Shown: positions 1 through 11,200 of the stretch, piece after piece
How the letters are laid out: each line of letters starts with the position of its first letter
Position numbering within the stretch: position 1 is the first letter of the stretch
Origin: Auanema rhodensis
Taxonomy: Eukaryota > Animalia > Nematoda
Assembly: GCA_964057225.1 (NCBI GenBank)
Contig: OZ059899.1
Location: 17,298,001 to 17,362,000, forward strand
Direction: 5' to 3'
DNA length: 64,000 bases
Position numbers and translations under genes: made by a program
The notes under the pieces: generated by a model
What the model was told of the DNA's origin: nothing
Database searches by the model: none
Seen by the model: only the letters and a program-made list of their open reading frames with translations

Positions 1-120
1 GCAAATCTGATAACACAGATCGACGCAGCTTAAAAATCCGCATCGAATGCACTATACTACATTGAGAAACGCTTAATACAAAAATTAGTTATGATCGTTT
101 GAAAAATGATGCATTAGTGT

Positions 121-148
121 ATGTTGAGTTTCCATGTACACTCAACAT
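121..148. repeat. Monomer dyad H2: 9-bp perfect stem, 10-nt loop (first copy shown; present in essentially all monomers)
   Basis: ATGTTGAGT (121-129) / TTCCATGTAC / ACTCAACAT (140-148). Confidence 0.93.
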
Positions 149-152
149 TGCT

Positions 153-224
153 TCCAAAAACATTTTGACAAAAATTTTTTCGAAAAATTTCAAAATAATT
201 TCGCAAAAAGTAAATGTTTTTAGA
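153..224. repeat. Monomer dyad H3: inverted repeat flanking an A/T-tract block (first copy shown)
   Basis: TCCAAAAACATTT (153-165) pairs with AAATGTTTTTAGA (212-224) at 12 of 13 positions. The enclosed block contains the palindromes AAAAATTTTT (170-179) and TTTTTCGAAAAA (176-187). Confidence 0.8.
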
Positions 225-298
225 TTCCTTTTTTTAAGGCAAAGACGATGGACAATGTTATTCAACGAAAAAATTAATTCTGCAGGGTGAAAATCGAG

Positions 299-320
299 GA
301 TATAAGTGTGAACTTATATC
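299..320. repeat. Monomer dyad H4: 9-bp perfect stem with GTGA tetraloop (first copy shown)
   Basis: GATATAAGT (299-307) / GTGA / ACTTATATC (312-320). It overlaps a second small dyad ATATCA-GT-TGATAT (316-329). Confidence 0.93.
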
Positions 321-330
321 AGTTGATATC

Positions 331-397
331 TCGGTGCATTTTTAAGCTAGCGCAAATCTGATAACACAGATCGACGCAGTTTAAAAATCCGCATCGA
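331..397. repeat. Monomer dyad H1: ~67-nt imperfect hairpin with ~26 paired positions (first full copy shown)
   Basis: TCGGTGC ATTTTTAAGCT A GCG CAA ATCTG [ATAACA] CAGAT CGA CGC AG(C/T)TTAAAAAT CC GCATCGA: stems of 7+11+3+5 bp. The 11-bp core is perfect with the AGCTT allele and has one G.T pair with the AGTTT allele seen in this copy. Confidence 0.88.
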
Positions 398-3300
398 ATG
401 CACTATACTACATTGAGAAACACTTAATACAAAACTTAGTTATGATCGTTTGAAAAAAGATGCATTAGTGTATGTTGAGTTTCCATGTACACTCAACATT
501 GCTTCCAAAAACATTTTGACAAAAATTTTTCCAAAAAATTTCAAAATAATTTCGCAAAAAGTGAATGTTTTTAGATTCCGTTTTTCAAGGCAAAGACGAT
601 GGACAATGTTATTCAACGAAAAAATTAATTCTCCAGGGTGAAAATTGAGGATGTAAGTGTGAGCGTATATCAGTTGATATCTCGGTGCATTTTTAAGCTA
701 GCGCAAATCTGATAACACAGATCGACGCAGCTTACAAATCCGCATCGAATGCACTATACAACATTGAGAAACGCTTAATACAAAAATTAGTTATGATCGT
801 TTGAAAAATGATGCATTAGTGTATGTTGAGTTTCCATGTACACTCAACATTGCTTCCAAAAACATTTTGACAAAAATTTTTTCGAAAAATTTCAAAATAA
901 TTTCGCAAAAAGTAAATGTTTTTAGATTCCTTTTTTTAAGGCAAAGACGATGGACAATGTTATTCAACGAAAAAATTAATTCTGCAGGGTGAAAATCGAG
1001 GATATATGTGTGAACTTATATCAGTTGATATCTCGGTGCATTTTTAAGCTAGCGCAAATCTGATAACACAGATCGACGCAGTTTAAAAATCCGCATCGAA
1101 TGCACTATACTACATTGAGAAACGCTTAATACAAAACTTAGTTATGATCGTTTGAAAAACGATGCATTAGTGTATGTTGAGTTTCCATGTACACTCAACA
1201 TTGCTTCCAAAAACATTTTTACAAAAATTTTTCCGAAAAATTTCGAAATAATTTCGCAGAAAGTAGATGTTTTTAGATTCCTTTTTTCAAGGCAAAGACG
1301 ATGGACATTGTTATTCAACGAAAAAATTAATTCTGCAGGGTGAAAATCGAGGATATAAGTGTGAACCTATATCAGTTGATATCTCGGTGCATTTTTAAGC
1401 TAGCGCAAATCTGATAACACAGATCGACGCAGCTTAAAAATCCGCATCGAATGCACTATACTACATTGAGAAACGCTTAATACAAAAATTAGTTATGATC
1501 GTTTGAAAAAAGATGCATTAGTGTATGTTGAGTTTCCATGTACACTCAACATTGCTTCCAAAAACATTTTGACAAAAAGTTTTTCGAAAAATTTCAAAAT
1601 AATTTCGCAAAAAGTAAATGTTTTTAGATTCCTTTTTTTAAGGCAAAGACGATGGACAATGTTATTCAACGAAAAAATTAATTCTGCAGGGTGAAAATCG
1701 AGGATATAAGTGTGAACTTATATCAGTTGATATCTCGGTGCATTTTTAAGCTAGCGCAAATCTGATAACACAGATCGACGCAGTTTAAAAATCCGCATCG
1801 AATGCACTATACTACATTGAGAAACGCTTAATACAAAAATTAGTTATGATCGTTTGAAAAATGATGCATTAGTGTATGTTGAGTTTCCATGTACACTCAA
1901 CATTGCTTCCAAAAACATTTTGACAAAAATTTTTTCGAAAAATTTCAAAATAATTTCGCAAAAAGTAAATGTTTTTAGATTCCTTTTTTTAAGGCAAAGA
2001 CGATGGACAATGTTATTCAACGAAAAAATTAATTCTGCAGGGTGAAAATCGAGGATATAAGTGTGAACTTATATCAGTTGATATCTCGGTGCATTTTTAA
2101 GCTAGCGCAAATCTGATAACACAGATCGACGCAGTTTAAAAATCCGCATCGAATGCACTATACTACATTGAGAAACACTTAATACAAAACTTAGTTATGA
2201 TCGTTTGAAAAAAGATGCATTAGTGTATGTTGAGTTTCCATGTACACTCAACATTGCTTCCAAAAACATTTTGACAAAAATTTTTCCAAAAAATTTCAAA
2301 ATAATTTCGCAAAAAGTGAATGTTTTTAGATTCCGTTTTTCAAGGCAAAGACGATGGACAATGTTATTCAACGAAAAAATTAATTCTCCAGGGTGAAAAT
2401 TGAGGATGTAAGTGTGAGCGTATATCAGTTGATATCTCGGTGCATTTTTAAGCTAGCGCAAATCTGATAACACAGATCGACGCAGCTTACAAATCCGCAT
2501 CGAATGCACTATACAACATTGAGAAACGCTTAATACAAAAATTAGTTATGATCGTTTGAAAAATGATGCATTAGTGTATGTTGAGTTTCCATGTACACTC
2601 AACATTGCTTCCAAAAACATTTTGACAAAAATTTTTTCGAAAAATTTCAAAATAATTTCGCAAAAAGTAAATGTTTTTAGATTCCTTTTTTTAAGGCAAA
2701 GACGATGGACAATGTTATTCAACGAAAAAATTAATTCTGCAGGGTGAAAATCGAGGATATATGTGTGAACTTATATCAGTTGATATCTCGGTGCATTTTT
2801 AAGCTAGCGCAAATCTGATAACACAGATCGACGCAGTTTAAAAATCCGCATCGAATGCACTATACTACATTGAGAAACGCTTAATACAAAACTTAGTTAT
2901 GATCGTTTGAAAAACGATGCATTAGTGTATGTTGAGTTTCCATGTACACTCAACATTGCTTCCAAAAACATTTTTACAAAAATTTTTCCGAAAAATTTCG
3001 AAATAATTTCGCAGAAAGTAGATGTTTTTAGATTCCTTTTTTCAAGGCAAAGACGATGGACATTGTTATTCAACGAAAAAATTAATTCTGCAGGGTGAAA
3101 ATCGAGGATATAAGTGTGAACCTATATCAGTTGATATCTCGGTGCATTTTTAAGCTAGCGCAAATCTGATAACACAGATCGACGCAGCTTAAAAATCCGC
3201 ATCGAATGCACTATACTACATTGAGAAACGCTTAATACAAAAATTAGTTATGATCGTTTGAAAAAAGATGCATTAGTGTATGTTGAGTTTCCATGTACAC

Positions 3301-5265
3301 TCAACATTGCTTCCAAAAACATTTTGACAAAAAGTTTTTCGAAAAATTTCAAAATAATTTCGCAAAAAGTAAATGTTTTTAGATTCCTTTTTTTAAGGCA
3401 AAGACGATGGACAATGTTATTCAACGAAAAAATTAATTCTGCAGGGTGAAAATCGAGGATATAAGTGTGAACTTATATCAGTTGATATCTCGGTGCATTT
3501 TTAAGCTAGCGCAAATCTGATAACACAGATCGACGCAGTTTAAAAATCCGCATCGAATGCACTATACTACATTGAGAAACGCTTAATACAAAACTTAGTT
3601 ATGATCGTTTGAAAAAAGATGCATTAGTGTATGTTGAGTTTCCATGTACACTCAACATTGCTTCCAAAAACATTTTTACAAAAATTTTTCCGAAAAATTT
3701 CGAAATAATTTCGCAGAAAGTAGATGTTTTTAGATTCCTTTTTTCAAGGCAAAGACGATGGACAATGTTATTCAACGAAAAAATTAATTCTGCAGGGTGA
3801 AAATCGAGGATATAAGTGTGAACCTATATCAGTTGATATCTCGGTGCATTTTTAAGCTAGCGCAAATCTGATAACACAGATCGACGCAGCTTAAAAATCC
3901 GCATCGAATGCACTATACTACATTGAGAAACGCTTAATACAAAAATTAGTTATGATCGTTTGAAAAAAGATGCATTAGTGTATGTTGAGTTTCCATGTAC
4001 ACTCAACATTGCTTCCAAAAACATTTTTACAAAAATTTTTCCGAAAAATTTCGAAATAATTTCGCAAAAAGTAAATGTTTTTAGATTCCTTTTTTTAAGG
4101 CAAAGACGATGGACAATGTTATTCAACGAAAAAATTAATTCTGCAGGGTGAAAATCGAGGATATAAGTGTGAACCTATATCAGTTGATATCTCGGTGCAT
4201 TTTTAAGCTAGCGCAAATCTGATAACACAGATCGACGCAGCTTAAAAATCCGCATCGAATGCACTATACTACATTGAGAAACGCTTAATACAAAAATTAG
4301 TTATGATCGTTTGAAAAAAGATGCATTAGTGTATGTTGAGTTTCCATGTACACTCAACATTGCTTCCAAAAACATTTTTACAAAAATTTTTCCGAAAAAT
4401 TTCGAAATAATTTCGCAAAAAGTAAATGTTTTTAGATTCCTTTTTTTAAGGCAAAGACGATGGACAATGTTATTCAACGAAAAAATTAATTCTGCAGGGT
4501 GAAAATCGAGGATATAAGTGTGAACTTATATCAGTTGATATCTCGGTGCATTTTTAAGCTAGCGCAAATCTGATAACACAGATCGACGCAGTTTAAAAAT
4601 CCGCATCGAATGCACTATACTACATTGAGAAACGCTTAATACAAAACTTAGTTATGATCGTTTGAAAAAAGATGCATTAGTGTATGTTGAGTTTCCATGT
4701 ACACTCAACATTGCTTCCAAAAACATTTTTACAAAAATTTTTCCGAAAAATTTCGAAATAATTTCGCAGAAAGTAGATGTTTTTAGATTCCTTTTTTCAA
4801 GGCAAAGACGATGGACAATGTTATTCAACGAAAAAATTAATTCTCCAGGGTGAAAATCGAGGATGTAAGTGTGAGCTTATATCAGTTGATATCTCGGTGC
4901 ATTTTTAAGCTAGCGCAAATCTGATAACACAGATCGACGCAGTTTAAAAATCCGCATCGAATGCACTATACAACATTGAGAAACGCTTAATACAAAAATT
5001 AGTTATGATCGTTTGAAAAATGATGCATTAGTGTATGTTGAGTTTCCATGTACACTCAACATTGCTTCCAAAAACATTTTGACAAAAAGTTTTTCGAAAA
5101 ATTTCAAAATAATTTCGCAAAAAGTAAATGTTTTTAGATTCCTTTTTTTAAGGCAAAGACGATGGACAATGTTATTCAACGAAAAAATTAATTCTGCAGG
5201 GTGAAAATCGAGGATATAAGTGTGAACTTATATCAGTTGATATCTCGGTGCATTTTTAAGCTAGC

Positions 5266-8200
5266 GCAAATCTGATAACACAGATCGACGCAGTTTAAAA
5301 ATCCGCATCGAATGCACTATACTACATTGAGAAACGCTTAATACAAAACTTAGTTATGATCGTTTGAAAAAAGATGCATTAGTGTATGTTGAGTTTCCAT
5401 GTACACTCAACATTGCTTCCAAAAACATTTTTACAAAAATTTTTCCGAAAAATTTCGAAATAATTTCGCAGAAAGTAGATGTTTTTAGATTCCTTTTTTC
5501 AAGGCAAAGACGATGGACAATGTTATTCAACGAAAAAATTAATTCTCCAGGGTGAAAATCGAGGATGTAAGTGTGAGCTTATATCAGTTGATATCTCGGT
5601 GCATTTTTAAGCTAGCGCAAATCTGATAACACAGATCGACGCAGTTTAAAAAACCGCATCGAATGCACTATACTACATTGAGAAACGCTTAATACAAAAC
5701 TTAGTTATGATCGTTTGAAAAATGATGCATTAGTGTATGTTGAGTTTCCATGTACACTCAACATTGCTTCCAAAAACATTTTGACAAAAATTTTTTCGAA
5801 AAATTTCAGAATATTTTAGCAAAAAATAGTTGTTTTTAGATTCCTTTTTTCAAGGCAAAGACGATGGACAATGTTATTCAACGAAAAAATTAATTCTGCA
5901 GGGTGAAAATCGAGGATATAAGTGTGAACTTATATCAGTTGATATCTCGGTGCATTTTTAAGCTAGCGCAAATCTGATAACACAGATCGACGCAGCTTAA
6001 AAATCCGCATCGAATACACTATACTACATTGAGAAACGCTTAATACAAAAATTAGTTATGATCGTTTGAAAAATGATGCATTAGTGTATGTTGAGTTTCC
6101 ATGTACACTCAACATTGCTTCCAAAAACATTTTGACAAAAATTTTTTCGAAAAATTTCAAAATAATTTCGCAAAAAGTAAATGTTTTTAGATTCCTTTTT
6201 TTAAGGCAAAGACGATGGACAATGTTATTCAACGAAAAAATTAATTCTGCAGGGTGAAAATCGAGGATATAAGTGTGAACTTATATCAGTTGATATCTCG
6301 GTGCATTTTTAAGCTAGCGCAAATCTGATAACACAGATCGACGCAGTTTAAAAATCCGCATCGAATGCACTATACTACATTGAGAAACGCTTAATACAAA
6401 ACTTAGTTATGATCGTTTGAAAAAAGATGCATTAGTGTATGTTGAGTTTCCATGTACACTCAACATTGCTTCCAAAAACATTTTGACAAAAATTTTTCCA
6501 AAAAATTTCAAAATTATTTCGCAAAAAGTGAATGTTTTTAGATTCCGTTTTTCAAGGCAAAGACGATGGACAATGTTATTCAACGAAAAAATTAATTCTC
6601 CAGGGTGAAAATTGAGGATGTAAGTGTGAGCGTATATCAGTTGATATCTCGGTGCATTTTTAAGCTAGCGCAAATCTGATAACACAGATCGACGCAGCTT
6701 ACAAATCCGCATCGAATGCACTATACAACATTGAGAAACGCTTAATACAAAAATTAGTTATGATCGTTTGAAAAATGATGCATTAGTGTATGTTGCGTTT
6801 CCATGTACACTCAACATTGCTTCCAAAAACATTTTGACAAAAATTTTCCCGAAAAATTTCAAGATAATTTTACAAAAAGTAGATGTTTTTAGATTCCTTT
6901 TTTTAAGGCAAAGACGATGGACAATGTTATTCAACGAAAAAAATAATTCTGCAGGGTGAAAATCGAGGATATAAGTGTGAACTTATATCAGTTGATATCT
7001 CGGTGCATTTTTAAGCTAGCGCAAATCTGATAACACAGATCGACGCAGTTTAAAAATCCGCATCGAATGCACTATACTACATTGAGAAACGCTTAATACA
7101 AAACTTAGTTATGATCGTTTGAAAAAAGATGCAGTAGTGTATGTTGAGTTTCCATGTACACTCAACATTGCTTCCAAAAACATTTTTACAAAAATTTTTC
7201 CGAAAAATTTCGAAATAATTTCGCAGAAAGTAAATGTTTTTAGATTCCTTTTTTCAAGGCAAAGACGATGGACATTGTTATTCAACGAAAAAATTAATTC
7301 TGCAGGGTGAAAATCGAGGATATAAGTGTGAACCTATATCAGTTGATATCTCGGTGCATTTTTAAGCTAGCGCAAATCTGATAACACAGATCGACGCAGC
7401 TTAAAAATCCGCATCGAATGCACTATACTACATTGAGAAACGCTTAATACAAAAATTAGTTATGATCGTTTGAAAAATGATGCATTAGTGTATGTTGAGT
7501 TTCCATGTACACTCAACATTGCTTCCAAAAACATTTTGACAAAAATTCTTTCGAAAAATTTCAGAATATTTTAGCAAAAAATAGTTGTTTTTAGATTCCT
7601 TTTTTCAAGGCAAAGACGATGGACAATGTTATTCAACGAAAAAATTAATTCTGCAGGGTGAAAATCGAGGATATAAGTGTGAACTTATATCAGTTGATAT
7701 CTCGGTGCATTTTTAAGCTAGCGCAAATCTGATAACACAGATCGACGCAGCTTAAAAATCCGCATCGAATGCACTATACTACATTGAGAAACGCTTAATA
7801 CAAAACTTAGTTATGATCGTTTGAAAAAAGATGCATTAGTGTATGTTGAGTTTCCATGTACACTCAACATTGCTTCCAAAAACATTTTTACAAAAATTTT
7901 TCCGAAAAATTTCGAAATAATTTCGCAGAAAGTAGATGTTTTTAGATTCCTTTTTTCAAGGCAAAGACGATGGACATTGTTATTCAACGAAAAAATCAAT
8001 TCTGCAGGGTGAAAATCGAGGATATAAGTGTGAACTTATATCAGTTGATATCTCGGTGCATTTTTAAGCTAGCGCAAATCTGATAACACAGATCGACGCA
8101 GTTTAAAAAACCGCATCGAATGCACTATACTACATTGAGAAACGCTTAATACAAAACTTAGTTATGATCGTTTGAAAAATGATGCATTAGTGTATGTTGA

Positions 8201-11200
8201 GTTTCCATGTACACTCAACATTGCTTCCAAAAACATTTTGACAAAACTTTTTTCGAAAAATTTCAGAATATTTTAGCAAAAAATAGTTGTTTTTAGATTC
8301 CTTTTTTCAAGGCAAAGACGATGGACAATGTTATTCAACGAAAAAATTAATTCTCCAGGGTGAAAATCGAGGATATAAGTGTGAACTTATATCAGTTGAT
8401 ATCTCGGTGCATTTTTAAGCTAGCGCAAATCTGATAACACAGATCGACGCAGCTTAAAAATCCGCATCGAATACACTATACTACATTGAGAAACGCTTAA
8501 TACAAAAATTAGTTATGATCGTTTGAAAAATGATGCATTAGTGTATGTTGAGTTTCCATGTACACTCAACATTGCTTCCAAAAACATTTTGACAAAAATT
8601 TTTTCGAAAAATTTCAAAATAATTTCGCAAAAAGTAAATGTTTTTAGATTCCTTTTTTTAAGGCAAAGACGATGGACAATGTTATTCAACGAAAAAATTA
8701 ATTCTGCAGGGTGAAAATCGAGGATATAAGTGTGAACTTATATCAGTTGATATCTCGGTGCATTTTTAAGCTAGCGCAAATCTGATAACACAGATCGACG
8801 CAGCTTAAAAATCCGCATCGAATACACTATACTACATTGAGAAACGCTTAATACAAAAATTAGTTATGATCGTTTGAAAAATGATGCATTAGTGTATGTT
8901 GAGTTTCCATGTACACTCAACATTGCTTCCAAAAACATTTTTACAAAAATTTTTCCGAAAAATTTCGAAATAATTTCGCAGAAAGTAGATGTTTTTAGAT
9001 TCCTTTTTTCAAGGCAAAGACGATGGACAATGTTATTCAACGAAAAAATTAATTCTCCAGGGTGAAAATCGAGGATGTAAGTGTGAGCTTATATCAGTTG
9101 ATATCTCGGTGCATTTTTAAGCTAGCGCAAATCTGATAACACAGATCGACGCAGTTTAAAAAACCGCATCGAATGCACTATACTACATTGAGAAACGCTT
9201 AATACAAAACTTAGTTATGATCGTTTGAAAAATGATGCATTAGTGTATGTTGAGTTTCCATGTACACTCAACATTGCTTCCAAAAACATTTTGACAAAAA
9301 TTTTTTCGAAAAATTTCAGAATATTTTAGCAAAAAATAGTTGTTTTTAGATTCCTTTTTTCAAGGCAAAGACGATGGACAATGTTATTCAACGAAAAAAT
9401 TAATTCTGCAGGGTGAAAATCGAGGATATAAGTGTGAACTTATATCAGTTGATATCTCGGTGCATTTTTAAGCTAGCGCAAATCTGATAACACAGATCGA
9501 CGCAGCTTAAAAATCCGCATCGAATACACTATACTACATTGAGAAACGCTTAATACAAAAATTAGTTATGATCGTTTGAAAAATGATGCATTAGTGTATG
9601 TTGAGTTTCCATGTACACTCAACATTGCTTCCAAAAACATTTTGACAAAAATTTTTTCGAAAAATTTCAAAATAATTTCGCAAAAAGTAAATGTTTTTAG
9701 ATTCCTTTTTTTAAGGCAAAGACGATGGACAATGTTATTCAACGAAAAAATTAATTCTGCAGGGTGAAAATCGAGGATATAAGTGTGAACTTATATCAGT
9801 TGATATCTCGGTGCATTTTTAAGCTAGCGCAAATCTGATAACACAGATCGACGCAGTTTAAAAATCCGCATCGAATGCACTATACTACATTGAGAAACGC
9901 TTAATACAAAACTTAGTTATGATCGTTTGAAAAAAGATGCATTAGTGTATGTTGAGTTTCCATGTACACTCAACATTGCTTCCAAAAACATTTTGACAAA
10001 AATTTTTCCAAAAAATTTCAAAATTATTTCGCAAAAAGTGAATGTTTTTAGATTCCGTTTTTCAAGGCAAAGACGATGGACAATGTTATTCAACGAAAAA
10101 ATTAATTCTCCAGGGTGAAAATTGAGGATGTAAGTGTGAGCGTATATCAGTTGATATCTCGGTGCATTTTTAAGCTAGCGCAAATCTGATAACACAGATC
10201 GACGCAGCTTACAAATCCGCATCGAATGCACTATACAACATTGAGAAACGCTTAATACAAAAATTAGTTATGATCGTTTGAAAAATGATGCATTAGTGTA
10301 TGTTGCGTTTCCATGTACACTCAACATTGCTTCCAAAAACATTTTGACAAAAATTTTCCCGAAAAATTTCAAGATAATTTTACAAAAAGTAGATGTTTTT
10401 AGATTCCTTTTTTTAAGGCAAAGACGATGGACAATGTTATTCAACGAAAAAAATAATTCTGCAGGGTGAAAATCGAGGATATAAGTGTGAACTTATATCA
10501 GTTGATATCTCGGTGCATTTTTAAGCTAGCGCAAATCTGATAACACAGATCGACGCAGTTTAAAAAACCGCATCGAATGCACTATACTACATTGAGAAAC
10601 GCTTAATACAAAACTTAGTTATGATCGTTTGAAAAATGATGCATTAGTGTATGTTGAGTTTCCATGTACACTCAACATTGCTTCCAAAAACATTTTGACA
10701 AAAATTTTTTCGAAAAATTTCAGAATATTTTAGCAAAAAATAGTTGTTTTTAGATTCCTTTTTTCAAGGCAAAGACGATGGACAATGTTATTCAACGAAA
10801 AAATTAATTCTGCAGGGTGAAAATCGAGGATATAAGTGTGAACTTATATCAGTTGATATCTCGGTGCATTTTTAAGCTAGCGCAAATCTGATAACACAGA
10901 TCGACGCAGCTTAAAAATCCGCATCGAATGCACTATACTACATTGAGAAACGCTTAATACAAAACTTAGTTATGATCGTTTGAAAAAAGATGCATTAGTG
11001 TATGTTGAGTTTCCATGTACACTCAACATTGCTTCCAAAAACATTTTTACAAAAATTTTTCCGAAAAATTTCGAAATAATTTCGCAGAAAGTAGATGTTT
11101 TTAGATTCCTTTTTTCAAGGCAAAGACGATGGACATTGTTATTCAACGAAAAAATCAATTCTGCAGGGTGAAAATCGAGGATATAAGTGTGAACTTATAT

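Larger units (their letters stand above)
1..3590 (+). repeat. Higher-order repeat: 5-mer (1755 bp) x2
   Basis: Rare alleles recur at +1755: AAACACTT (422/2177), GATATATGTG (~1007/2762), AAAACGATG (1160/2915), AAAAGTTTT (~1579/3334). Ends are approximate. Confidence 0.92.

Noticed and set aside
254-270. CENP-B-box-like motif on the - strand (TTTCGTTGAATAACATT)
   Set aside because: Matches TTCG and the central A but lacks CGGG, i.e. 5 of 9 core positions.
299-350. Helitron 3' end (hairpin followed by CTAG at 347-350)
   Set aside because: The hairpin is AT-rich and ~26 nt upstream rather than a GC-rich stem close to the end, and CTAG is lost in many right-arm copies.
1-351. Monomer as a dimer of ~175-bp subunits, or as a tRNA/5S rDNA repeat
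   Set aside because: The two halves show no direct similarity by eye, and there is no cloverleaf or 5S-like sequence.
1-351. Assignment to a named satellite family of similar length (e.g. ~340-360-bp insect satellites)
   Set aside because: Only length and AT content are similar. I do not recognise the sequence and cannot run a search.
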